From NCBI RefSeq assembly GCF_009914755.1, contig NC_060930.1: a stretch of DNA of 64,000 nt; one strand, given 5' to 3'. Both the position numbers and the translations under genes were made by a program. Below the pieces are notes generated by a model. The model saw only the letters and a program-made list of their open reading frames with translations, was not told the origin of the DNA and did not search any database. Below are positions 1 to 14,011 of this stretch, piece by piece. This stretch comes from the human T2T-CHM13v2.0 reference genome, Homo sapiens. Position 1 is the first letter of the stretch. Each line of letters begins with the position of its first letter.

Positions 1-449
1 CAGACAGCAGAGAGCAGAGCTCTCATTATCATGGTAGTGAGCAAACATTTAGGAAATTTCTTGCAGGCAGGAATTTAGGAAAGACAAGAACAAGCAACAA
101 CCTGGCAGCCACTTCTCAGTCACCATGGGAGTCATGTCCTGATGGGTGACACAGCTGGCAGAAATGGCTTGCTCACAGGCCTGACAGAAGAGTAGCTGGG
201 AATTACAGACAAGAGTAAAGCCAAGACAAGACAAGAAAGAGGTGACAGATCCCAGAAAGAAAAATGTTTGCAGTCAATGCGTGAGCCCTCTAGGAGACAG
301 AAGAAACAATCACATGTCACACCAACCCCTGAAGAAACACAGTCCCTCCCTCCCTTGGGGCCTCTCTGCAGTTGTCAGGACACTAAGGTTGAGCTTATGT
401 CAACACCTGCTCCTCGTTACCTTTCCTGGTAACTGAGTAGAGATGGCAA

Positions 450-2778
450 CAGGAATGCCTCATTTTATTGTGCTATGCTTTGTTGTGCTTCTCAAATATT
501 GTGGTTTTTTAAAAATTGAAGGGTTGCACCAAGCAAGTCTATCAGCACCATTTCACCAACAGCATGTCCTCACTTTGTGTCTCTGTGTCATATGTTCGTA
601 ATTCTTGTAATATTTCACGTTTTCATTACTATTACATGTCGATCTGTGATCAGTGACGTTTGATGTTACTGTTGTAATTGTTTTGGGGCACCATGAACTG
701 AACCCATATAAGACAATCAACTTTATTGTTAGATGTTGTGTATGTTCAGACTGCTCCACTGACCAGCCATCCTCCCTCTCTTTCGCCCTCTCCTCAGGCC
801 TCCCTATTCCCTAAGAACACAAGAACATTAAAATTGGGCCAGTTAGTAACCCTACAATGGCCTCTAAGTAAAGTCACTTGTCTCTCACTTTAAATCAAAA
901 GCTAGACATGATTAAGCTTAGTGAAGAAGACAGGTCAAAAGCCAAGATGGGCTAAAATCTAGGTCTCTTGCTTTCAACAATTAGTCAAGTTGTGAAAGCA
1001 AAGGAAAAGGTCTTGAAGGAAAGAAATTAAAACTGCTACTCAAGTGAACATACAAATGATAAGAAAGTAAAACAGTCTTATTGCTGATGTGGAAAAAGTT
1101 TGAGTGATCTGGATCGATCAAACCAGCCACAACATTCCCTTAAGCCAAAGTCTAATCCAGAGAAAGGCCCTCATTCTCTTTAGTTCTATGAAGGCTGAGA
1201 GATGTGAGGAAGCTGCAGGAAAAAAGTCTGAATCTAGCAGAGGTTGATTCATGAGGCTTAAGGAAAAAAGCCACCTTCATAATACCAAAGTACAAGATGA
1301 TGTAGCAAGTGGTGATATAGAAGCTGTAGCAATTTATCCAGAAGATCTAGCTAAGATCACTGATGAAGGTGGCCATATTAAATCATAGATTTTCAATAGA
1401 GATGAAACAGCCTTCTATTGGAAGAAGGTGTCTTCTAGGATTTTCAGAGTTAGAGAGAAGTCAATGCTGGCTTCAAAACTTCAAAGATCAGGCTGACTCT
1501 CTTGCTAGGGACTAATGCAGCAGGTGGCTTTAAATTGAAGCCAGTGCTCATTTACCATTTCAAAAATACTAGGGCCCTTAAGAATTATGCTAAATCTACT
1601 CCGCCTGTGCTCTATAAATGAAACAACGAAGCCTGATAACAGCACACCTGTTTAAAATATAGTTGGCTGAATATTTTAAGCCTATTGTTGGGACCCATTG
1701 CCCAGACAAAGACATTCCTCTCAAAATACTACTACTCATTGACAAGGTACCTAGTCATCCAAGAGCTCTGATGAAGATGTACAAGGAGATGAGTGTTGTT
1801 TTCATGCCTGCTAATGCAACATCCATTCTGCAACTCATGGATCAAGGGGTAATTTTAACTTTCAAGTCGTGTTATTTAATATATTACATAAGGCTATTGC
1901 TGTCAGAGACAGTGATTCCTCTGATGGATCTGGGGAAAGCAAATTGAAAACCTTCTGAAAAGCCTTCACCATTCTAGATGTCATTGGGAACATTCATGAT
2001 TCATGGGAGAAGGTCGAAATATCAACATTAACAGGAGATTGGGAGAAGCTGATTCCAGCCCTCATGGATGACTTTGAGACGTTTAAGACTTCAGTGGAGG
2101 AAGGAACTATAGATGTCATGGAAATAGCAAGAGAACTCGAATTAGAAGTGGAACCGGAAGATGTAGCTAAATTGTTGCAATCTTATGATAAAACTTGAAT
2201 GGATGAGGAACTGCTGCTTGTGGATGAGCAAAGAAAGTGGTTTCTTGAGAGGGAATCTACCCCTGGTGAGATGCTATGAATGTTGTTGAAGTGGCAGCAA
2301 AGGATTTAGAATATTACATAACTTAGTTGAGAAAGCAGCAGCAGGGTTTGAGAGGATTGACTACAATTTTGAAAGAAGGTCTACTGTGGGTAAAATGCTA
2401 CCAAACATCATCACATGCTACAAAAAATATTTCATGAAAGGAAGAGTCAATCTATGCAGCAAACTTCATTGTTCTTTCATTTTAAGAAATTATCACAGCC
2501 ACCTCAAACTGCAGCAGCAGCCATCAACATCAAGGAAAGAACCTTCTATCAGCAAAAAGATTATAACTCACTAAAGGCTCAGAGGATTGTTAGTATTTTT
2601 AGCCATAAAATATTTTAATTAAGGTATGCACTTTTTTAGACATAAGGCCATTTCACACTTAATAGACTACTATATATTGTAAACATGACTTTTATATGCA
2701 CTGGGAAACCAAAAGATACGTTTGACTTTCTTGCAGTGCTGTCTGGAACCAAAATCACAATACATCTGAAGTGCACTT
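450..2778 (+). mobile_element. Tigger1 DNA transposon, near full length, decayed transposase
   Basis: Begins caggaatgcctcattttattg (Tigger1 TIR-like) and ends gtctggaacc...tctgaagtgcactt|ta; ORF 1663-1947 ([13 protein letters not shown]...[20 protein letters not shown]) is pogo/Tigger DDE-like. Confidence 0.9.
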
Positions 2779-3050
2779 TACTCTGTTAAAGTGAACACAA
2801 AACATCAGCTTGAAGGGGCCTGTGGAAGGCAGAAGAGGATGTCGAAATGCTTTGGTGATGCACAGGTCGTGGACTAACTGGAATGGTAACAACTGTAATT
2901 CCCTCTCATCTCACCTATCACCAAGTTCAGCAGCACTCTCTGCAATTTGGGGATTTGGGGGCATCATCTAAGCCTCACTGAATGACTGATACCACAGGTC
3001 GGGTCTTATTCTGAGGAATAATCCCTGAAGTTTAGAGCAGAGACTTTTCA

Positions 3051-3096
3051 GAACATTCCAGAATTTTTCCAGAATTTTTTCCAGAATATTCCAGAA
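3051..3096. repeat. Short tandem repeat of ttccagaa units forming nGAAn inverted arrays
   Basis: gaacattccagaatttttccagaattttttccagaatattccagaa. Confidence 0.8.
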
Positions 3097-3453
3097 TTTT
3101 GTTTCATGCCACATTCATTCAGGAACAGCAAAATAACTGAAGCATGTTCAGGTGTCCAGAGAAACACACTCAACTCTTTTTTCCACCTTATGTGTGTCAT
3201 ATTTCTGGGCAAGGAGAGCAGGGATCTTACCTGTGAGTGGAGCCCTGTCTATTTAAGAATAACCCTCCACCACTCCCTTCTGTAATGATGCAGACATGAC
3301 CCAGGCCAGGGAGCTCTCAATGCTCCTAATTTCTGTGATCTATTTCCATCCCCACCTTAGCTGCCTTTCCATTACAGAGTCAGACAGGACGAGTTACAAC
3401 AAAAAGCCTCAGTCCCAGCACCAGTCTCTCCATCTTCTTCAAAGGTGCCTTAC

Positions 3454-3568
3454 CTTTCTTATTCCAAAAATGGCTGGGCCACAAGGCCCAAACCAAGAGA
3501 GATCAGCCCCAGCACAAGACCCCAAAGGCCACTCAGCATCTTGCTCTGGGCAGATTCAGACAGTGTCC
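3454..3568 (-). pseudogene. HLA-DQB3: DQB3 exon 4 (connecting peptide/TM), frameshifted
   Basis: Reads [29 protein letters not shown]...; cag acceptor and gtaagg donor; 115 nt versus 111 in DQB2 exon 4. Confidence 0.88.
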
Positions 3569-4149
3569 CTGGGAAGTGAAAGCCTGTGTGTCAGAGCCTG
3601 TCCCCACACCCCACAGTGTCCTCATCTGGAAGCCTGGAGTCCTATCCAGGATGTAAGAGACAGAGGTAGTCTGTCACCAAGCAAAGGAGATGACAGGCAG
3701 GCAAAGACCCCAAGGGGCAGCATGGATGGATGAGGAGGAGGGGAAAAAGGAGATGACAACTCCTCAAGGATATGTCCTTCTATAACCCCACAGACCATCT
3801 CCAAGACATCAGCCCTAAGGTCAAAACCTAGAACTATAACACCTCAGAAGGCACACCGACAAGGCTGACCTATAGTCTGGGAGTCAGGTGATGCAAAGGG
3901 GCCACCATAATAAACTGGGAGAAAAGGAGGTCAGTTCTCAGAAAGTGCATTTTGACTTGAGACAATGGGATCTCAGTCTTCCATGACTACTAGTCCAGAA
4001 ATTATATCGGGATACAGTTGTGTAGGAGAGAAGGTATGAAAATGTATAACAAGCAGAGGTTAGTAGTGACCTCACCCCCACAAGACCCAGAACTCCCCCA
4101 CCCTTCCTTTTTTCCATTGAATTTATGATATCAATAAAGTGCTCCTTAC

Positions 4150-4425
4150 ATCATTCTACTGTGATGGGACTCTGGAGGCTGGGGTGCTCCAGATGGTAGG
4201 TGTAGACATCTCCATGCTCGGGTATTATTTCTAGCATTACAAGAATCTGGTAGGTCTAATCCCTATTCTGAATAGGTGTGGATACAACTCCAGCAGTCTG
4301 CTCCTGTTTTTTCTGGAACCATCTGAGTTTCACTTGGCAAGGAAAGAAATTTGTCACCAAACAGACCAGCAAATTGTGATGGCTGACCTCTGTCCTAGCT
4401 GGGGAGATGGTCACTGCAGGCTCCA
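4150..4425 (-). pseudogene. HLA-DQB3: DQB3 exon 3 (beta2 Ig domain), disabled
   Basis: Reads [90 protein letters not shown]. Trp to TAG (4256-4258), second Ig Cys to Tyr, terminal Trp to TGA (4151-4153); 276 nt versus 282 in DQB2; tag acceptor and gtaagg donor. Confidence 0.9.
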
Positions 4426-4806
4426 CTAGGACGAATGACAACAGGAAAAGAAACTTAGAGGGTAAGGCAGCAAAGAAATCCTCATCATGGGCTCACATCC
4501 CTCCTTTGATACTAAAGTGGAAAAGATAGCAGATATTAACTAGTCTTCTACTCCAATCCCAGATCTAGGTTTTAATTAGCTAAGTATTAAGTAGCTTGTT
4601 AGCCTACTCTTTAGAAAAGCAATACTTTTATTCAGTGGTCACTTGTTTATTAAAACAGATCATTCATGTGAAAGCTCTTTGTAACATAGACTGATAATAT
4701 TTCAAATACTCGTATATACATATATGTGTAGGTATATGTACTTGCTTTCTTATGTCTGGTAAAAATAATAATTAAAAAAGATCTGACAATGTGTAACTAT
4801 GTGTGA

Positions 4807-4941
<135 letters not shown>

Positions 4942-5131
4942 TGACTTTTCTATTTCTCCTTTCATTTCTATCGGCTTTTGTCTCATGTATTTCGATGCTC
5001 TGTTGTTAGGTGCATACACACTTAAGATTGTTATGTGTCTTTGGAGAAATAACCCCTTATCATTAAATAATATCCCTTTATCCCTGGTAATATTCCTTGT
5101 TCTGACATCTACTTTGTCTAGTATTGACATA

Positions 5132-7090
5132 ATTATCTCATTGTGGTTTTGATTTGCATTTCTCTAATGACCTGTGATGATGAGCTTTTTTTCATAGGTT
5201 TGTTAGCCACATAAATGTCTTCCTTTTGAGAAGTGTCTGTTCATATATTTTCACCACTGTTTGATGGGGTTGTTTTTTTTCTTGTAAATTTGTTTAAATT
5301 CCTTGTAGATTCTGGATATTAGCCCTTTGTCAAATTGATAGATTGCAAAAGTTTTCTCCCATTCTGTAGGTTGCCTATTCACTCTGATGATAGTTTCTTT
5401 TGCTGTGCAGAAGCTCTTTAGTCTAATTAGATCCCATTTGTCAATTTTGGCATCTGTTGCCATTGTTTTTGATGTTTTAAAGTCTTTCCCCTGCCTATAT
5501 CCTGACTGGTATTGCCTAGGTTTTCTTCTAGGGTTTTTATGGTTTTAGGTTTTATGTGTAAGTCTTTAATCCATCTTGAGTTAATTTTTGGATGAGGAGG
5601 AGGAGAAAAAGGGGCGGCAACTCCTCAGGAGTATGTCTTTCTATAACCCCACAGACCACCTCCAAGACATCAGCCCTAAGGTCAAAGCCCAGAACTTCAA
5701 CACATCAGAAGGCACACTGACAAGTCTGACCTGCAGCCTGGGAGTCAGGTGATGCTAAGGGGTCACCATAAAAACCTGGGAGAAAAGGAGGTCAGTTCTC
5801 AGTATGTCCTTTTGACTTAAGAAAGTGGTCCAATTTCAGTTTCTGCATATGGCTAGCCAGTTTTCCCAACACCATTTATTAAATAGGGAATCCTTTCCCC
5901 ATTGCTTGTTTTTGTCAGGTTTGTCAAATATCAGATGGTTGTAGATGTGTGGTGTTACTTCTGGGGCCTCTGTTATGTTCCATTGGTCTATATATCTGTT
6001 TTGGTGCCAGTACCATGCTGCTTTGGTTATTGCAGCCTTCTAATATAGTTCAAAGTCAGATAACGTGATGCCTCCAGATTTGCTATTTTTGCTTAGGATT
6101 GTCTTGGCTATACGGGCTCTTTTTTGGTTCCATGTGAAATTTAAAGTAGTTTTTTCTAATTCTGTGAAGAAAGTCAATGGTAGCTTGATGAGGATAGCAT
6201 TGAATCTGTAAATTACTTTGGCCAGTGTGGCCATTATCACAATACTGATTCTTCCTATCCATGAGCATGGAATATTTTTCCATTTGTTTGTGTCCTCTCT
6301 TATTTCCTTGAGCAGTGGTTTGTAGTTCCCCTTGAAGAGGTCCTTCACATCCCTTGTAAGTTGTATTCCTAGGTATTTTATTCTCTTTGTAGCAATTATG
6401 AATGGGAGTTCACTCATGATTTGGTTCTTTGTTTGTCTGTTATTGGTATATAAGAATGCTTGTGCTTTTTGCACATTGATTTTGTATTCTGAGACTTTGC
6501 TGAAATTGCTTGTCAGCTTAAGGAGATTTTGGGCTGAGATGATGGGGTTTTTTAAATATACAATCTCTTGCCAGTCAGAATGGTGATCATTAAAAAGTCA
6601 GGAAACAACAGATGCTGGAGAGGATGTGGAGAAGTAGGAACGCTGTACACTGTTGGTGGGGGTGAAAATTAGTCCAACCATTGTGGAAGACAGTGTGGCG
6701 ATTCTTCAAGGATATAGAACCAGAAATATCATTTGACCCAGCAATTCCATTTTGGTCATATACCCAAAGGATTATAAATCATTCTACTATAAAGACACAT
6801 GCACATGTATGTTTATTGCAGCACTGTTCACAATAGAAAAGACTTGGAACCAACCCGAATGCCCATCAATGATAGATTGGATTAAGAAAATGTGGCACAT
6901 ATACACCATGGAATACTATGCAGCCATAAAAGAGAATGAGTTCATGTCCTTTGCAGGGAAATGAATGAAGCTGGAAATGATCATTCTCAGCAAACTAACA
7001 CAGGAACAGAAAACCAAACACCATATGTTCTCACTCATAAGTGGGAGTTGAACAATGAGAACACATGGACACAGGGAGGAGAACATCAAG
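5132..7090. mobile_element. L1PA element with 5' inversion (minus about 5132-6562, plus about 6563-7090), nested in an older L1M
   Basis: ORF2 fragments on minus (6040-6474, 5251-5463) and on plus (6752-6964); the outer end of the inverted arm (...accacaatgagata) abuts the start of the sense arm (atctcttgccagtcagaatgg) in L1 order. An older minus-strand L1 lies at about 4940-5131 and resumes at about 7285. Confidence 0.85.
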
Positions 7091-8242
7091 AAAAAAACAC
7101 AGAATATTATAACACTGCAACTGTGGTGTGTAAACTACTCTTATTCTAAGTAGTAAGACTACGTGATGAACCAATAAAAAATAATAACTACAACAAGTTT
7201 TCAAGACATAGTACAATAAGATGTAAATAGAAAAAACAAAAAGTTAAAAAGTGGGGAGATGAAGTTAAGGCAAGTTTTTATTAATTTTCTTTTGATTTTG
7301 TTTGCATGGTATACAGTTTCATTCATTTTACTTTTAATGTAGGTATGCCTTTATATTTAAAATGGGTTTCTTGTAGACAGATTATAGTTCAATTGTGCCA
7401 TTTTTACTGTCTGATCTTCTTTATCATTTAATTGGTGTGTCTAGGCCAATTATATCTATGAAATTATCAACATGGTTGGATTATTTTTGCTAGATATTTT
7501 TTATTAATTCTATTAAACGTTTGTTCATTTTCAAAATTGTTTTTCTGCCTTCTTTTGGATTAGTTTTTGCCCTAGGATTTTACATTTATGTATAATATAC
7601 TTTCAAATATACCTTAGCTCAGTATGCTCCAAATTTCTCTCTCTCTCATTCATTGTGCAATTGTTATCATATACTTTTTTATATTCCATAAACACACAAT
7701 ATATTGCTACTAATTTTGCTCTAGACCCTCTGTTACCTATAAGGTAACCTTTCAAAGACAATTCCGTTTGTTATTTAATATCATCCCCACCAATTCTTTG
7801 TCAGTAACAACTCCTATATGAATGAACTAGTTGCTTTAAACAGCTCTCTTAAATAAACTACACAATAACAAAAAAATAGTATGGGGAAAATACTGCTCCC
7901 TAATAGTCTTCTGTGGGAAAACACGCAAAATTACTCCCATGTGCAGATCTGCTTTCACCATAGCCCCAGGTTACTCTTCAGCTAAACAGAATAGGTTATT
8001 TGATAAAGACTTTGTGCAGAGACTATAGTATGTAATCAATAAATACTTGTTGAGTTGAACTGAAATTCTTAATTCATCTGAATCAGGTTGTAGAACTGAC
8101 TACTGGGAAACAGATAATATTCCTCACGCCTAATAGCGATTGATTCTTTTCCTAGGAGCTCTCCAATCCTAATGTACATATTGTGAACGTTCTTTGAATA
8201 GATCTTTTCATTTATTTATTTTTAGAGACGGGGTCTTGCTAC

Positions 8243-8599
8243 TGAGACAGCCAGGTGGGAAGGGGTCCCCAGATAAATTCCAGCCAGCCTGAGCACTGGG
8301 AGGAGTGCAAACTGGGACGGAGCCACAGAAGTTTGCACCATTTGCGGCAGGGAGGAGAGTGACCCCTCTTCTTTGGGTGGAACGTGGAATTCAATCTGTG
8401 AGGTGGGAAGCCCACTGGCAGAAAAAAATGCATTCTCTCACTTTGCTAAGAGCCTCTGTTTCCCCTTTTCTTCCTTTTCACCCAATACTCAACCTTCAAG
8501 TTGTCCTACTCACCCTTCAAGTTGTCTGTGAATGTAATTTCTTGTGGCTGTGTGGCAAGGACGCTGTCATTAGCTGAACTAAGGAAAAGTCCTGTAACA
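8243..8599 (+). mobile_element. ERV1 solo LTR (MER61-like) inserted in an Alu monomer
   Basis: TG...CA ends (tgagacagccaggtggg...cctgtaaca), 4-bp TSD ctac/ctat; Alu-like sequence on both sides (about 8210-8242 and 8600-8700, minus). Confidence 0.75.
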
Positions 8600-9409
8600 C
8601 TATGTTTCCCAGGCTGGCCTCAAACTCCTTGGCTCAAGTGATCTTCCTACCTCAGTCACCTGAATTGCTGGGAGTATAGGCACACACCTCCACAGTCAGC
8701 TGTACAGTTATTTTTACTTAGCATTAGTGATTTTAAAATGACAAATAATTTTAAATGGAAACTTTAAAAGCAAGTGTTTATATGAAATTATTCATATGTA
8801 TTTACCAAAGGTCATCATGTATATGTAAAGCATTTTACCTAGAAATTTTAAGTTGTGATTTTGCCAGAACATTAAAAACAGAAATAATAACACAAGAATA
8901 ATTCAAATGTTTTAATAACTGACAACTTTAGGGAAAAATGAATCCAGATATGTGTGATGTTTGGGGATTTTGAAAAATACCTCAAACAAAAGAAATATTT
9001 TATAAATTATTTACAATGATACAAGTTGAGTAAAAATTATTCTTGCTATAGTATTTCTCTAAAAGTATCCCATTGACTAAAGAAGATTGGCAAGGACAAT
9101 CTTGCACCTGAGAGATGGTGGAGCTTGAAAGGCTTACAATGGGCACTAAAGAGAGAAGATGGGGGCAGGGGAATGCTTCCACTCTCATTTGTCCTCCTCT
9201 CCGCGCCTATGCACTTGAGATAGTCATGCATTCATTATTATCTTTGAGTCGTGGGAATATTGGTGTCCATGGGATTTTTGCACCATAAGAAATGTAAAAG
9301 GAAGACCTTTACACGGTAGCCATATGATATCACATAGAAACCTGGATCTATACAAAGAAATAAACTCTGGAAATGAAACATTTTTTCACATTTAAAAAAT
9401 GGTCTAAAA

Positions 9410-9585
9410 TGAGGCTTCTCAACCTCAGAACTGTTGGCATTTTGTTTCAGGTGATTATTTTCTTGTAGGAGGCTGCCATGTGCATTGCAGGATGTGTAAC
9501 AGCACCCCTGGCCTCTACCCAATACATGCCAGTAGCACCCTCCCCAGTAATGACAACAAAAGTATCTCTAGACATTGTCAAGCAT
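9410..9585 (+). mobile_element. MER20 (hAT) fragment
   Basis: ttctcaacctcag...tgtgcattgcaggatg...ctggcctctaccca...atgccagtagcacc...tctctagacattg resembles the MER20 consensus. Confidence 0.7.
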
Positions 9586-10421
9586 CACTTGCAGGAATTT
9601 TCTATTGGCCCCATTTTAGAATGTCTGTGTTACAGAATCATACGAAGATACTAAATCGTTGTTGGAAGTCATTAAGTTTTGGAATAGTTTGTTACATAGA
9701 AAAATCTGACAGATACAACAGTCTTCAAAGAAGTTCTGTTTCCTAGAAATCTCTTAGTGTTTCTGTGGCTCACAGGCTCCTATATGCCTGGAGTGCCACA
9801 GGGAGAAGCTTAAATGAATGAAGAAAAAGTAATAGTCTGTCCCAGCCCAATGTGTGATGTTACTATCATTATCATTATTAATATTTGTCTTTATGTAGCA
9901 GCTCCCACTTGGGAATAGTTGCTAGGTGTCAGACACTGGCCTGTATTTAACTGTATAATTTGTACTTATCTATCATTTCATCATATTAATTATCTTCTAA
10001 TAGTTTTCATCCCACATTATAGAAAATAACCCTAAGGCTCAGGTATTCTGAGTGGTTTGCCCAGGGTGATGGAGCTGAGAAAATCAAAAGCAGCATGGAA
10101 TACATATTTATTTTATTACAAAATCTATAATATTTTTATTTTGCTACTCTAGACTCTGTTATTGTTGTGAAGCACCTTTAACTACTGCAAGATAGAAGTC
10201 TCGGCCTTCAGAGTAAAATTTCATCAATGTATAAAATTAGACTTAAAGATAGGGTCTTAGAGAATGTTATAACTGCTCCTTAGAACTAACATAATTTCTG
10301 CCTAATTTCTTAGAGGGCCCTTAATAATATCAATTGTAATGGCATATCCCATTGATATTTTAGTTACAAAATCAACGGCATGTCAATTAGTGCTTTCTAA
10401 GAAAGTTATTAGGCAAAGTAG

Positions 10422-10790
<369 letters not shown>

Positions 10791-11949
10791 GACCTTTTCT
10801 ATTTCTACAAGTAAGAAATTGGTTTCTGTTAAAATGGTATACTGTTCTTCTGAGTCTAATTTACTGATTATTCTATCTTGCATTAAAATTATGACCTGAA
10901 AACAGAAGCAAATAGAACAAGGTTCGCTATATTCTGGCTGGATGAAGCAGGAGGAGGAGAGGGACACAAAACCAGTTAAAGATAGAAAGGGCATCTATTA
11001 TCTTTTAGTCAATGACCTGGCCTTGCTTGGACTTTCCCTCCATCCCACAGGATGTGAGATCTGAGACTGAACCCATGACTTCCCTTCTAAGATACAATTC
11101 TGATCCCACATTTAACACCCTAACTTCCTAATTAGAGTTGAGTTTTTTAAACTGTGATATTAATAGGGGAAATTCTGGAGTACTATCAGGAAAGATTTAG
11201 TTCATTTGCCAAAATCTTAAGGAATTTCTGTCAGATACAAAGCAGGTAAGTCTGGATACAGGGGAAAAAAGATAGAAATGTGTTATTTACTACACAGCAA
11301 AGAGGATGCTGCACGGTGAAGGGAGCAGAGCTCAACTGCAACCTCCAAAACCCTCTTAGTTCACAATGGCAGTGGCTAGAAAGAGTAATAAGGCCACGTA
11401 CAGTGTCATATATCTCTCCTAATCGTATTAGGGCACTTACTCAGAATCCACACAGAAGGAGACACCCCTCACCCCTCATGAGGAATCATGGCTTGCCCCT
11501 GTAGCATCCCATCTCTACTACTTACGAGCCATGTGACCCTGGGAAAAGTCCTTTACCTCTCTGAGTTTTAATGTCCTCCTTGAAAAATGTGGATGATACT
11601 AAAGTATGACAAGTATTTATAAAGAGTAATTCATTCCAAGTGCAGTATATGTACATTCCTCACAACCGCCTAATGAGGTACCATCAGTGCCTCCGGCCAA
11701 AGACCACGAAGAGCATACCCTTGAATGAACAAGTTGGCTTTATTGTCCGTTGCAATGATGGAGAAAAGTCACCATGGGGAATCATGCAGCAGTTCAGTAA
11801 GAGATTGTTGGAACCAAAGAAGTAGAACTAGGAGAACACATATATTAAGAGAATGACTGAAAGGAATTAATTTGTGCAACTGTGCGGGTGGACTAGGGAA
11901 GCCTAAAACCCACTGGGAGGCAGTCATCAGGAAAGGCAGGTTGAAATTC

Positions 11950-12200
11950 TTAGCACTGGCTGACGCGCTGTCCACAGTGGAATTTCTGTTTCCTCAGAGA
12001 AGCCTCAGCTCTGCTCTTAAGACTTTTCAACTGCTTAGACTAAGCTCACCCAATTTATCTCAGATAAATTCTTACTTAAAGTTAACTGATTATGAACTTT
12101 AATGACATCTACAAAATATCTTCACAGCAACACCTAGATTATTAGTGTGTGAATAACTGGGGACCACAGTCCAGTCAACACATAAAATTGACCATTAATC
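11950..12200. mobile_element. MLT2-like (ERVL) LTR fragment
   Basis: cttcacagcaacacctagatta...gaataactgggga...cataaaattgaccat resembles an MLT2 end. Confidence 0.5.
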
Positions 12201-13019
12201 AATTGTAAGATTTGTGCTTGTGTTAGGTAGTTTTGAGGAGGATTTAAGAAAGAGGGACTTCATTTTTAACTGGATTCTGACAGAAAGCAGGGAGTGGGGA
12301 TGGCAATGCTATGATTGGGTAGCTTCATAAATACTACCTAGAGGGACGGAAGACTATCCTGAGGCTACGGCTGTGATTGGTAAAGAAGCAGCAATCACTC
12401 TTTCGAGAGATGTGCCTGGTTATTTTTGTAGTTTGGACAATATTCATGTTTTGTCTGGGTGCAGACGTGATGACTGAGTGGCCTTATTTTCTGTCTCAGT
12501 CCATCACACTCATGGAGTACCTGTCTGATTCTGATGTTCTATGAAATTGATTATCTTCAACAGGAGAATCAAAACCAGCTGTGAACACCAGGCTAGCTCC
12601 TAGCAACCCCAAGGCCTTGTTAATTGCATCCAGGCAGCCCCCAGGTATCAGGACACTTTTTTATTTTACCTTTTTTTAGTCTCTGCCATTGGGAGGCAAG
12701 ACAACATGCTGAGAATCTCAGAAGGCCATTCAACAAGGACAGAGTGATTCTAAACGAAACCTCCATTACTAACTTGTTGTTTCTATAACATACAGAAAAT
12801 AGATTCATCTGAAAAAAGGTAAGTTTCCCTGTGATGACTACATTTTAGCTCATTCCCTAGTCCCTTGCAATATCTGAAATCTTAATGTGGTTGGATAACA
12901 AATATGAAAAGATCCAGTAGTTTAAGAAAAGTAAACCTATTTTCTAAGTTAAAGCAATTCTCCTTATTCTACTCTCAATATTTGACTTGACATTCTTAAA
13001 TTTAAAAAAAATAATTACT

Positions 13020-13335
<316 letters not shown>

Positions 13336-14011
13336 TTATTAGAGTAATTGAGCCAGCCAAAGCTTTTTTAATGTAATCAATGTCCCTAAATTTCCTTTAA
13401 ATATATTCAAGCAGCACCGAAACACAGAGCATAAAGATTACTAGAAGCAAAAGAAAAAACTGTGTAAAAGATCGGTTACTGTAGGCAGCACCGCATGACA
13501 GTCTAACCCCTTTAATTGCCCTGGTCAAAAACACCTGGAGCTTTTGAGAACTTACCCAACTGGATTTATACAAGTAGAAAAGGCAAAGGTATTGCTTGGC
13601 TACCACCAGCAGAGATCCCTAGGAAGGTGGGGTCAAGTCAAAATTTGGGGAATACCATATACACTATGGAAGCAAAAAGAAAAACAGCTAACCCACATAC
13701 AGAAGCCAGAGAAAGGGGAGGGGATGGGGACTGCCAGGGAGGAAAATCACTTCAGGGAAGAATTCCTGGAGAATGTAACCCAGAAAACCCTGAAGGATGC
13801 CATATTATTGATGACCTTACCTATCCAAGCGGCTGCTCAGAAATTCCCGCCCCTCTTGACACTAGCAGACATGCACACATGACAGAAGATTCAGATTTAG
13901 TATCTTCCCTTTATTTATAGAAAATTTCCTCAAGACCATGCTGTGTGGAGGATGTGTCAGAACCAGAGGATGTCCCTGTCTTCTTCCAGGGCTCTTAATA
14001 TAAACTCTGCA

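Larger units (their letters stand above)
274..4425 (-). pseudogene. HLA-DQB3: MHC class II beta-chain pseudogene remnant (exons 3, 4 and probable vestiges of 5 and 6; exons 1-2 not found)
   Basis: Beta2-domain exon 4425-4150 and TM exon 3568-3454 have AG/GT ends, stops and a frameshift; the position just before DQA2 matches the known place of DQB3. Confidence 0.85.

Noticed and set aside
3296-3733. 145-aa plus-strand ORF
   Set aside because: Antisense to DQB3 exon 4 and introns, with no recognisable domain.
13516-13920. Overlapping 134-aa and 112-aa ORFs upstream of DQA2
   Set aside because: Non-ATG starts and no homology or splice support.
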